A DNA stretch of 64,000 nt from Macrostomum hystrix. Lineage: Eukaryota > Animalia > Platyhelminthes. This document shows positions 1-10,706 of this stretch, one piece after another. Below the pieces are notes generated by a model. It saw only the letters and a list, made by a program, of their open reading frames with translations. It was not told the origin of the DNA and ran no database searches. A program made the translations under genes and the position numbers. The DNA is taken from positions 310,001-374,000 of the forward strand of contig CATNEN010000027.1 in NCBI GenBank assembly GCA_950097015.1, in the 5' to 3' direction. Position 1 is the stretch's first letter; each line of letters starts with the position of its first letter.

Positions 1-14
1 GCAGAAGCTTTCAG
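1..14 (+). CDS. tis11: TIS11/ZFP36-family tandem CCCH protein, end of penultimate coding exon (gene starts upstream of window)
   Basis: (t)GC AGA AGC TTT CAG|GTGAGC = (C)RSFQ plus a phase-0 donor. It splices in frame to 690 and completes C-x8-C of finger 1 (CRSFQDSGCC). Confidence 0.75.
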
Positions 15-30
15 GTGAGCACAAAAGCAC

Positions 31-625
31 TGTTTATCCCTGACCCAGTGTGTGTTTATCCCTGACCCAGTGTGTGTTTGTCCCTGACCCAGTGTGTGTT
101 TATCCCTGACCCAGTGTGTGTTTATCCCTGACCCAGTGTGTGTTTATCCCTGACCCAGTGTGTGTTTATCCCTGACCCAGTGTGTGTTTATCCCTGACCC
201 AGTGTGTGTTTATCCCTGACCCAGTGTGTGTTTATCCCTGACCCAGTGTGTGTTTATCCCTGACCCAGTGTGTGTTTATCCCTGTCCCAGTGTGTGTTTA
301 TCCCTGTCCCAGTGTGTGTTTATCCCTGACCCAGTGTGTGTTTATCCCTGACCCAGTGTGTGTTTATCTCTGACCCAGTGTGTGTTTGTCCCTGTCCCAG
401 TGTGTGTTTATCCCTGACCCAGTCTGTTTATCCCTGACCCAGTCTGTTTATCCCTGACCCAGTGTGTGGTTTTATCCCTGACCCAGTCTGCTTATCACTG
501 AACCAGTCTGTTTATCCCTGACCTAGTCTGTTTATCCCTGACCCAGTCTGTTTATCCCTGACCCAGTCTGTTTATCCCTGACCCAGTCTGTTTATCCCTG
601 ACCTAGTGTGTGTTTATTCCTGCCT
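31..625. repeat. 22-bp minisatellite TTTATCCCTGACCCAGTGTGTG (20-bp variant in distal part), filling the tis11 intron
   Basis: Direct reading of tandem copies. Confidence 0.97.
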
Positions 626-689
626 AAGCTGACCAGCGAGTATAAGCTACAAAGGATACTGTACAGTCCCTACAACCCCACACCGACAG

Positions 690-854
690 GACAGCGGCTG
701 CTGCGAGTACGCCGAGCACTGCCAGTTCGCCCACGGTCGGCAGGAGTTGCGCAACAGGCCGGATCGGCACCGCCTGTTCAAAACGGAGCAGTGCCGCGCC
801 TTCCACGGCGAAGGTGTCTGCCGCTACGGCAGCCGCTGCCACTTCATTCACTAG
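690..854 (+). CDS. tis11: TIS11/ZFP36-family tandem CCCH zinc-finger protein, last coding exon
   Basis: Acceptor ccgacAG|GAC at 689/690. Translates [54 protein letters not shown]: two C-x8-C-x5-C-x3-H fingers with a KTEx lead-in. This frame is not in the ORF track. Confidence 0.9.
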   Translation, partial: DSGCCEYAEHCQFAHGRQELRNRPDRHRLFKTEQCRAFHGEGVCRYGSRCHFIH

Positions 855-939
855 ACTCGGCTGGGAGACTGGAGTACCGCGACTGTAAATCCCCAACGGG
901 GAGTGTTTTAATCATGTTTTTTTCTAGAATTCCCTCAAT

Positions 940-1603
940 GCCACACTGGTTCTAGACTCTAGAAGTCCCTAATGCCACTGGTTCTATACTCTTGACGTCC
1001 CTAATGCCACTGGTTCTAGACTCTAGAAGTCCCTAATGCCACTGGTTCTAGACTCTAGAAGTCCTTAATGCCACTGGTTCTAGACTCTAGAAGTCCCCTA
1101 TGCTACTGGTTCTAGACTCTAGAAGTCCCCTATGCTACTGGTTCTAGACTCTATAAGTCCCTAATGCCACTGGTTCTAGACTCTAGAAGTCCCTAATGCC
1201 ACTGGTTCTAGACTCTAGAAGTCCCCTATGCTACTGGTTCTAGACTCTAGAAGTCCCCTATGCTACTGGTTCTAGACTCTAGAAGTCCCCTATGCTACTG
1301 GTTCTAGACTCTAGAAGTCCCTAATGCCACTGGTTCTAGACTCTAGAAGTCCCTAATGCCACTGGTTCTAGACTCTAGAAGTCCCCTATGCTACTGGTTC
1401 TAGACTCTAGAAGTCCCTAATGCCACTGGTTCTAGACTCTAGAAGTCCCCTATGCTACTGGTTCTAGACTCTAGAAGTCCCTAATGCCACTGGTTCTAGA
1501 CTCTAGAAGTCCCCTATGCTACTGGTTCTAGACTCTAGAAGTCCCCAATGCTACTGGTTCTAGACTCTAGAAGTCCCCTATGCTACTGGTTCTAGACTCT
1601 AGA
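940..1603. repeat. 32-bp minisatellite with near-palindromic core TTCTAGACTCTAGAA (~20 copies)
   Basis: Unit ACTGGTTCTAGACTCTAGAAGTCCCCTATGCT; period checked at 1081/1113. Confidence 0.97.
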
Positions 1604-2959
1604 GATAATTAAGTGCATTTTCATAATTTTGCTGCTCTTTTACGCCTTGTTTTGCACGTAACGCATTTTATTTTTCTATTTTTCAGTCTAGCCTGCACTT
1701 TTAACCAGCCATTTGATTACCTTTCGACGTGTACATAACTATTTTCTGTGTCGTTTTGTTTGCACATTAAAAATAAAAAAAGTAAAAATTAAAGAACTAA
1801 TTTTAATGTTCTCGAATTTTAGGACAAACTTTTACCGTTAAAAAGTTATGCCAATTTTATTTGTTTAGGTTTTAACTTGCGAAATAGTTCGTATTTATTC
1901 CACATTTATAAATAAATATTAAAGGCCATCTAACCGATCTCCAAGCTTTAAAGCAATGGACCTGTTTGTTCTTCTATAAATTGCTAATAAGGATTTTGTA
2001 ATCGCTTTTTTTCTACGCGTTGTTAAGAAGTTTCAAAGCCACACAACCACACAATCACAACAAAATAGCTGTTATGCTTTTGCTTCGAGACACCTTTTTC
2101 TTCAAAGCTTTCTGCGTGAGCAAAAAAAAAGAAATTAAATGACGTACAAGCCCATGAGAAATAGTGACAGTTGTGAGACTACAACTTATGTGTGAATAAT
2201 AGCTACATTAATTGGCATCAGATTCTGAACTGAAGCATTTACTTTCTACTTCGAGTAGTCAGTTAGTAATGCAATGCTCACTTGTTAAGTGTGTAAAATC
2301 AGTCTTAGTAAATTGTTTATGAAGTCAAACCAATGATCTGTGATGTGATGTGCTGCATTATAACTAATTATTGACTAATCTATGTGAGCAACAAACCATG
2401 AAAATAACTCGTGCTCAAAACAGAATTGAAAGGCAAATTAATGAATGGGAATTAGGGTTGAAATTGTTAGGGAGGAGACGGGATTTCCGACAAAAGAAAT
2501 GTTATGAGTAAGGAACTAAATGACAAGCAATATCGCTTAGGCCTATCTGCAATACTCGTCCAATGCGCCAATTAGATAATTTGGTCATATCGTTAATCCA
2601 TTGAGCGGGAAATTTCTCACAGTATCCCAATGAGAGGATAAAAGAATAGGCATGTGTTTCGCACATTGAGGACTTTGGAATCCCATCAATCTGTTTGAGC
2701 TCTGTTGCGCAAGGCAGGTGTAAAAAGCAGAAAAGCTGCACGGATCACACCAACGGCCCTCTGACTGACTGTGCAAAGCAATGTCCAACTTTCCTTGTAT
2801 TGGCTTCAGTTTGCTGATTTTCACACAATGCCAACTCACTGACCTGCGTGGCGAAGGTAGGCAGTGCTCAGAGCTGAGTCTCTGTTCTCAAGGCCGAGCT
2901 GTGTGTGGGGTCAGCCTCCCCATGGCAACCGAGATGCACTGGGGTCGGAGAGAGCACCA

Positions 2960-3680
2960 GAAGCTGCAGCTGGCTCCAGCTGTGTGAGCAGAGGAATCCG
3001 CGGTCTCTGGCCCTTGAGCTGTGAGCACAGTGAGTAGAGTGTGACGTAAGTTCTAACAGCCGAACCGTTGCTGAGCGGCTCGGGGATTTGAGCATTCGCT
3101 GCTCACACAGGTGGCTGCAGCCGGAGAGAGCGCTGCGAGATCATCTCAAACCCTCCGAGTCTCTGGGCCAGTGGTTGCCACACAGGTGGCTGCAGCTGGA
3201 AATGCAGTCTGTCGATCTGTGCTATCTCTACCCCCACAGTTGCTAGGCGATTTGGTGGGGTCCCGCTTTGGTACCGTTGCAAAACTCGGGGATTTGAGCA
3301 TTCGCTGCTCACACAGGTGGCTGCAGCTGGAGAGAGCGCTGCGAGATCATCTCAAACCCTCCGAGTCTCTGCATGGGCCAGTGGTTGCCACACAGCGGTC
3401 TCTCCGTCTCACTTCTATCTCTATACGCGTGTTCCCCAGAGTTGCTAGGCCAGTTGCTATGTGACTTTGTGGGGTCCCGCTTTGGTACGTTGCTAAACCC
3501 AGGGATTCGAGCTCACACACAGGTGGCTGCAGCTGGAAAGAGCGGTCTCTCCGTCACTTGATATCTATACATCTTCCTCACAGTTGCTAAAACAGTTGCT
3601 ATGTGATTGGGGTCCCACCTAGGTGCAGTTGCTTTGGGTATTAAAAAATTCGCTTCTCGCACTTACAGGTGGCTGCAAGC
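2960..3680. repeat. Degenerate ~200-bp modular duplication with recurring CACACAGGTGGCTGCAGC, plus one inverted copy
   Basis: Motif near 3104, 3180, 3310, 3517 and 3662; GGGGTCCCGCTTTGGTAC and CAGTTGCTA also recur; inverted GCTGCAGC..TGTGTGAGCAG at ~2966-2991. Confidence 0.7.
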
Positions 3681-4932
3681 AGTCGATCTTGCAATCCTCA
3701 ACGTGTACACGCCAGAGTTCCTAACAAACAAGCGAAACGTGCAGCACGTGTTACAAATAAATGCGTGGTTGGTATCTGTGGGTCGCATAAAATCGGAGCG
3801 AACTGTTGATGAACTATAGCTATAGCAAATATTATAATCAATATGGCACTTTTAATATATACCATCGGTATGTTAAATTACTTAGTATACCGACGAATTC
3901 ATAAAAAAGCGATATTCCAATAGGCAGTCCTTTACACGTGGGTGAAATCTTAGTTTGGCCTATTTTTTTCCAAGACTTCTCTTTTTACATTACACGTCAC
4001 TCAATAGGCCTACACACAATTTAACTAAGGACCACTAGAAGAAGAACTAAAGAACTAGAAACCACTTCTTCTAGTGGTCCTTGATTTTAACATCGATTGT
4101 TATACATATTTTTATGTTTGAAATGTAGGTTTGGAACTGAAATTAATTTGGAAATGTTAAAGTGCGCATAATGTAAATATATATAACTTCGATGACGCAG
4201 AGGTTTTTTTCCTATAAAAAAGTAAACTTGTTTTAATTTTTAACTTGAAGTTTCTGTTTTTTAATAATGTGATTTTTATGTGGTTCCCTCCAGCCCTTGT
4301 TTTGCCTCCAGTCTTCTCTGTATGCACATTTTGTTTCTGACGGTTAAATAGGTTTTTGTATAGATGAATCTGAGTATAAAAATGAAAGCTTCATGGAAGT
4401 TTTAAAGAATTTTACACTTCAAAGTGCAGCTTCAAGTACTTTGTTTCGAACACAATTAAATACAGACAAAGGAAATAAAAAAATTAGTTTATTTGTCAAT
4501 TCGTACAATTTTTAAGAGGGAATTTGTTAAGTAGATTATGCAGGTTAAGTACTACAACTATACTTAGTACTATTATATAGAAATAATATAGAAATGCTAG
4601 GTAACTGATTAGCTAATGGACATAATGCTTCGCTTTTTGTTCCTATAATAGGGGCCTAGGCAATAAAATATGTCAACCTTGCCATTTGCCGATTTATATG
4701 GCCTAAAAAATATGCCACACTAGGACTAGAACGCCAAATAGTAATATAGTTTGTTGAGTAGGCCTACCACAATGTCTGCATTTTAATAAGTTCTTAAAAG
4801 CAGTTTTTTCAATTTAATTTTGGGATTATTAACTTTATATATTGATAGGATCAAGAGAGAATCCAAAAACAGTAGGCCATCTTGACTAAAGATGTGAGAT
4901 ATCAAAGATAAATAGCCAAGACAAGGAAAAGG

Positions 4933-5093
4933 GGGGGTGAGTGCCAGAGTGGTTAATGTATTTGCCTCTTGCACCAAGGTCCCTGAGCTCAATTCTGCAG
5001 TGTGGCCTCATTAAATTGGGATGCAGACATGAAGAGAAAGCTTGGGGACTATCATGTGATTTATGCCCTTGAGGGCCAACCTCCAAGGCACAG
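4933..5093 (+). mobile_element. tRNA-derived SINE, family A, copy 1 (CpG-eroded)
   Basis: Colinear ~160-nt match to 51533-51694; decayed A/B-box-like head; shared tail GAGGGCCAACCTCCAAGGCACAG. Confidence 0.8.
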
Positions 5094-5797
5094 TGAGACT
5101 GAGTCACAAGGGAGAGATAATACAAGGTAAAGTGGGTGTTTTCAAGGGTTAAGGGCTAGATTTGGGAACTTTGAGACATTTGAGGGCTAGGCCTATATTT
5201 GTCCTGTTGGCTAGTGTTTGATAACCACTAATCAAAATATAGTAAGTGACTTACAACAGTATCAATTACTGCAAATTGTTTAATCACATATTCTGTAGGT
5301 AATATTAAATAATCAATTGTTTTACATACAAGTATTTATTAATGCTTGTTTTTTGTATTTTTTAAATTAGATGCTTCTGTTTTTTTGTTTTATACAAAAG
5401 AGCATCTGGTCAGAAATTTCCAACATAGCTTAAGTTCAAAGCAAAGCCTAGATTTATTTAGTTTATTAGTTTAATTAAACTGAGCTATTTAATATGGCCT
5501 AACTAGGGCAAGTGGAATATATTATTAGTCAGTTAGTTAAGTTAAAGTAATTATTTATAGCTATTATTATTGCAGTTTAATTATTAGTGTAATACATTTT
5601 AAGAAATGCTATTATCAGAAATATTATACTGTAGTTCAACATGGTAACAATAGCTGCTAGATTTTTTCTAAGAAATGAAATACTTTAAATTAGCTAGGAC
5701 TATATTTTTTGTTTTGCATATAAAATGTAGCAGGTTAACTAGTTTGTTGCTTGGCCTTACTCAGGCCTTACAAGACTCATTTAAACTGCTTCAGCTA

Positions 5798-6337
5798 ATG
5801 AAAATGGCTTCAGCTGGATATGGTCCGCAGTACATAGTTAACAATGAAGATATCAATGAAGAAGATAGCGATAGTGACTATGTGCCAGATGAGGATTCTG
5901 AGAATGATTCAACAGATTCTTCAGTCAACGATGAAGACATGGCAAATGCCGCCACTTCTTCCAGTCGGCGGCGTAAAACTAAAGGCCAGAAGCAGAAGAC
6001 AGGCGAGCTTGTTAACCATAGCTCCTCAACTGAGCAGCGGCGACAGCGGCAGCAGCAGCAGCAGCATCCGGCAGCTGGTCTCCAGGAAGATGTCGATGGC
6101 TTCCTGCGCGCCTTCTCCGACGCCGGCGTGGCCAGATTCGCCGCATTCGCGGCCCTGTTTCGCCAGCGCGGCATGTCTGGCCTGTGCCGAGGCCGCGGCA
6201 GCCTGGAACAACTGCTGGACTTTGCCCAGTGCCTGTTCCACCTGCTGGCCCTGTATTCTCAGCCGCCGCATTCCACACTGATTAGAATCGGAGCTGTCTA
6301 CCTTATGTATGCGTACTTTGTGCAGCTGTCTTCTATG
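5798..6337 (+). CDS. SNAPC1: snRNA-activating protein complex subunit 1 (SNAP43), exon 1
   Basis: DVDGFLRAF..RFAAFAALFR..IRIGAVYLMYAYF matches the SNAPC1 N-terminal domain as I recall it (DCEALLSRF..RFEDF..IRVGALYLLYGLY). Donor ATG|GTGAGA. Start is ATG 5798 or 5804. Confidence 0.88.
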
Positions 6338-6399
6338 GTGAGACAGAATTCGAGTGCCTCTCTGCACTCCAATTTTATTTTATGGATTTTGGGTTTTTA

Positions 6400-6630
6400 T
6401 TACAAGAATTCGGGTTTTGATTACAGGATTTCGGTTTTTGATTTCAGGATTTCAGGTTTTGATTACATGATTTCGGTTTTTTATTACAGGATTTCGGGTT
6501 TCGGTTACAGGAATTCGGTTTTTGAAAACAGGATTTCGGGTTTTGATTGCATGAATTCGGGTTTTGATGACAGTATTTCGAGTTTTATTACAGGATTTTA
6601 AGTTTAAATTACAGATTTCGGATAGAAAAA
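6400..6630. repeat. Degenerate 21-bp minisatellite TTACAGGATTTCGGGTTTTGA in the SNAPC1 intron
   Basis: About 10 imperfect copies. Confidence 0.85.
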
Positions 6631-6764
6631 AACAAATTTCAGAATATTGTTGCATAACTCGTTTTGTAATCACAAAAATTCATATTTGAAATCTAATCCC
6701 TAACAATCTATATAATCGATAACCCACAGTTTATTATCCCAAATCTCCCAACATAAATCCCCAG

Positions 6765-7199
6765 ATAACTGTGCTGATTCGCCTGAGCCTAGTCCAGTGG
6801 CAGCGTCTCTCGGAGCTGCGCCAGCAGCTCAGCCAGGAGGGTCATTGCGACGCTCTCTACTGCCTTCGCTACCTGCAGCTTCGCGGCGCCTTTCAGCTGT
6901 GCGCCCAGCCACTGCCCTGCTATCCAGGAGCTCCTCAGGCTCTCTGCTCAGCCGCCGAGGAGGCCCGGCGCCGACTGGCCGGCGATCGGGAGCCGCTTCG
7001 CAGCCTCCTTGGCGAGGAGCGACTGGAGACCCTGCGCGCCCTCCTGGCCCAGTACGAGGCGTTGAAGGCCCCACTGGCTGCGACCGCTCCGGCTCTGCGA
7101 GTTGTGGACGAGCTGGCTGCTGAACGGGTAGCACAAGCCTGCGACCGGTGGCCCGGACTGCCAGCCCCTGCCGGCGATGAGTCCGGGGTTGACAATTGA
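6765..7199 (+). CDS. SNAPC1: SNAPC1 exon 2
   Basis: Acceptor ccccAG|ATA, phase 0. ITVLIRLSLVQWQRL..HCDALYCLRYLQLRGAFQLCAQP matches KIRVALKDW..HFDAAYIFRKLRLDRAFHFTAMP. Ends at TGA; total ~324 aa. Confidence 0.9.
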   Translation: MTVLIRLSLVQWQRLSELRQQLSQEGHCDALYCLRYLQLRGAFQLCAQPLPCYPGAPQALCSAAEEARRRLAGDREPLRSLLGEERLETLRALLAQYEALKAPLAATAPALRVVDELAAERVAQACDRWPGLPAPAGDESGVDN

Positions 7200-7204
7200 A
7201 CTGT

Positions 7205-7560
7205 CCTTCTCATGCCACTCTATGGCATTATCATGCCACTCTATGGCATTCTCATGCCACTCCCTGCCATTCTCATGCTAGTCCCTGCCAGTCCCTGCCA
7301 TTCTCAAGCCAGTCCCAGCCATTCTTATGCCAGTGCCTGCCATTCTCATGCCAGTCCCAGCCATTCTTATGCCAGTGCCTGCCATTCTCATGCCAGTCCC
7401 AGCCATTCTCATGCCAGTCCCAGCCATTCTCATGCCAGTCCCAGCCATTCTCATGCCAGTGCCTGCCATTCTCATGCCAGTCCCAGCCATTCTCATGCCA
7501 GTGCCTGCCATTCTCATGCCAGTCCCAGCCATTCTCACGCCACTCTCATGCTAGTCCCTG
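7205..7560. repeat. 21-bp minisatellite CCATTCTCATGCCAGTCCCAG starting just after the SNAPC1 stop
   Basis: Direct reading. Confidence 0.95.
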
Positions 7561-7949
7561 TCATTCTGATTCCATTCTCAACCATTCATCTCTTGGGTAT
7601 TCTCATAATTTAGGTTGTTTCTATTATATAAATCAGTCACTTGTCATATTTTTTATTTTATTGTCATGCATTTCTGTAAATTTCTTTGCTTCTGAATGCT
7701 GGCCGCATTTTTCAGTAGATTTTTCATTGTTGATTGTTCCTAAATAAAATAAACAACCCGGGTATAAAGTTCAACATTTCAGTTGCATTTTGTTGTTGGT
7801 CATAAAATTGTGTGCATCAGGTTAAAACTTGTTTAAAAGTAGAGATTTTTCTGTTGATTCTTTCCTTTGCTGAACCATCTACTTACAGTAGCTCAACTGG
7901 AAACTGTGTTGATAATTATGGCGTAAGACAAGTAAGTTTAACAGGCTGG

Positions 7950-8385
7950 CATGGGATTCTCGGTAGATTATCCCTGCTGGGATTCTCGGTAGATTATCCC
8001 TGCTGGGATTCTCGGTAGATTATCCCTGCTGGGATTCTCGGTAGATTATCCCTGTAGGGATTCTCGGTAGATTATCCCTGTTGAGATTCTCGGTAGATTA
8101 TCCCTGAAGGGATTCTCGGTAGATTATCCCTGCAGGGATTCTCGGTAGATTATCCCTGTAGGGATTCTCGGTAGATTATCCCTGTAGGGATTCTCAGTAG
8201 ATTATCCCTGTTGAGATTCTCGGTAGATTATCCCTGTAGGGATTCTCGGTAGATTATTCCTGTTGAGATTCTCGGTAGATTATCCCTGTAGGGATTCTCG
8301 GTAGATTATCCCTGTTGAGATTCTCGGTAGATTATCCCTGTTAAGATTCTCGGTAGATTATCCCCTTTGGGATTCTCTGTTGATT
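7950..8385. repeat. 26-bp minisatellite GGGATTCTCGGTAGATTATCCCTGYW
   Basis: Period checked at 7981/8007. Confidence 0.95.
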
Positions 8386-8419
8386 ATCCATCAAAATCTC
8401 TGTAGATTGTTCCTCACAT

Positions 8420-8832
8420 TGTGAGTGACGGTGTGAGTGACGGTGAGTGACTGTTTGAGTGACTGTGAGTGACTGTTTGAGTGACTGTGAGTGACTGTGA
8501 GTGACTGTGAGTGACTGTTTGAGTGACTGTGAGTGACTGTTTGAGTGACGGTGAGTGACTGTTTGAGTGACTGTGAGTGACTGTGAGTGACTGTGAGTGA
8601 CTGTGAGTGACTGTGAGTGACTGAGTGACTGTGAGTGACTGTGAGTGACTGTTTGAGTGACGGTGTGAGTGACTGTGAGTGACTGTTTGAGTGACTGTGA
8701 GTGACTGTTTGAGTGACTGTGAGTGACTGTGAGTGACGGTGTGAGTGACTGTTTGAGTGACTGTGAGTGACTGTTTGAGTGACTGTTTGAGTGACTGTGA
8801 GTGACTGTTTGAGTGACGGTGTGAGTGACTGT
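8420..8832. repeat. 10/12-bp repeat GAGTGACTGT(TT)
   Basis: Direct reading. Confidence 0.95.
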
Positions 8833-9200
8833 CTGAGTTCAACAGCTGAGTCAAAATGTAACAGGAATCTTGGAGCGAAATCCTTGCAGGATTAATAAAA
8901 GTCCGCCGCAGGCTCTGAGCACGCGATGCAATCGCGAATTGAAAGCAAATTTTCGAATGCCAAAATAAAAGTACATCCCGCTCCAAGCCCCGCTGTCGCT
9001 GGGCCGTCCTCATGGCAACTAAATTCTATGCAAATCAATTTATATCAGCCCTATCTCTATCTCATTCCTGTCCCTATCTCGAGTCTCCGATTCCAGCTTG
9101 TCCGCAGACTTTGGGATGGGGAACTGGGCCGGTGAGGGTGGAGGATTAAAATGGCGGTCTCCCACTGCCTGTGGGGAATTCGTTTTTGGTAGTGACACAG

Positions 9201-9331
9201 CTTGTGTTCCCATGAAGTTAGGCTGGGGTGGGTCAAGAGCGGTCTCTTGCCGGTCAACGAACTGTCCCAGCAACGGCTACTGCATGTGGGAGAGCAGTTG
9301 CATGACTTGGGAATATTTAGGGAGGGAGCAG
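9201..9331 (+). CDS. Possible coding exon of an unrecognised gene
   Basis: AG|..|GT boundaries, about 74% GC3 in frame LCSHEVRLGWVKSGLLPVNELSQQRLLHVGEQLHDLG; preceded by a candidate micro-exon 9097-9131 with a long pyrimidine tract and GTGAGG donor. No homology recognised. Confidence 0.3.
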
Positions 9332-9440
9332 GTCTGCTCTCCCTCTCTACCTCTCTCCCTCTCTCCCTCTCTGATGATGTGTCACTAACCCAACTTGCTG
9401 CAACACTGGTGTTCTCTCTTACAGCTGTTTTATTTCTAAA

Positions 9441-9700
9441 CAGCTGTTAGCCTAATGGTTTGAGACTTACGACTTGAAGGTCCGGGGTTCGATTCCCGAC
9501 TTCACTGGAACAATATATGTCCTTTAGCAAGACACTTAACTCTGCATTGCTTCAGTTCACCCAGCTGTTAAATGGGTTCCAGCATCAGCATGGAGTAAAT
9601 GAGGGTGGGTGTGGCGTCCCCCCAGTCCATGGACTGAATTACCGTACGCAGCAGCAGCTGCGGCTGTGCTGACGACTGCACATCTGGCCCGATTGGAGCA
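9441..9700 (+). mobile_element. tRNA-derived CORE-like SINE, family B, copy 1
   Basis: A-box TAGCCTAATGG, B-box GGTTCGATTCC (9486-9496), CORE-like AGCAAGACACTTAACTCTG..CACCCAGCTGTTAAATGGG. Second copy at 63525-63700. Confidence 0.8.
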
Positions 9701-9849
9701 GTAATCAAGTTTTATCATTCTAACTACGAGCTATAATCTAAAGTACGAGCTATTAGCCGAACTTTGATTATCAAACCGTGCTCTCTACCGCGCTCCTACC
9801 CTTGTCGCACAAATTTTAACGGACGACTGACATGAACTTTTTCAAAATA

Positions 9850-10706
9850 TCTCTCTCCCTTTCTACCTCTCTAACTACCTCTCTACCTCTCTACCTCTCT
9901 ACCTCTCTCCCTCTCTACCTCTCTCCCTCTCACCCTCTCTCCCTCTCTACCTCTCTACCTCTCTCCCTCACTACCTCTCTAACTCTCTACCTCTATACCT
10001 CTCTACCTCTCTACCTCTTTACCTCTCTCCCTCTCTCCCTCTCTACCTCTCTACCTCTCTACCTCTCTATCTACCTCTCTACCTCTCTACCTCTCCATCT
10101 CTCTCCCTTTCTACCTCTCTATCTACCTCTCTACCTCTCTACCTCTCTAACTCTCTACCTCTCTACCTCTCTACCTCTCTACCTCTCTAACTCTCTACCT
10201 CTCTACCTCTCTACCTCTCTACCTCTCTACCTCTCTACCTCTCTCCCTCTCACCCTCTCTCCCTCTCTACCTCTCTCCCTCACTACCTCTTTAACTCTCT
10301 ACCTCTATACCTCTCTACCTCTCTACCTCTTTACCTCTCTCCCTCTCTCCCTCTCTACCTCTCTCCCTCTCTCCCTCTCTACCTCTCTCCCTCTCTACCT
10401 CTCTCCCTCTCTACCTCTCTACCTCTCTCCCTCTCTACCTCTCTCCCTCTCTACCTCTCTCCCTCTCACCCTCTCTCCCTCTCTACCTCTCTACCTCTCT
10501 CCCTCAGTACCTCTTTAACTCTCTACCTCTATACCTCTCTACCTCTCTACCTCTTTAGCCTCTTTACCTCTCTACCTCTCTACCTCTCTACCTCTCTACC
10601 TCTCTACCTCTTTACCTCTCTACCTCTCTACCTCTCTACCTCTTTACCTCTCTACCTCTCTACCTCTCTACCTCTCTACCTCTTTACCTCTCTCCCTCTC
10701 TACCTC
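9850..10706. repeat. Pyrimidine-rich degenerate (CTCTCTAC)n
   Basis: Direct reading. Confidence 0.95.

Noticed and set aside
608-955. ORF-track 115-aa plus-strand ORF
   Set aside because: Wrong frame; the CCCH fingers are in another frame, 690-854, reached by splicing.
2502-2741. 79-aa minus-strand ORF
   Set aside because: AT-rich codons unlike the real exons, no ATG start, no convincing splice sites or homology.
5675-6601. 308-aa ORF as a single-exon gene
   Set aside because: The 5' part upstream of 5798 is AT-rich non-coding-like sequence and 6338-6601 is SNAPC1 intron with a 21-bp repeat.
9447-9500. tRNA gene
   Set aside because: Has A/B boxes but no complete cloverleaf, and continues into a SINE body found twice in the window.
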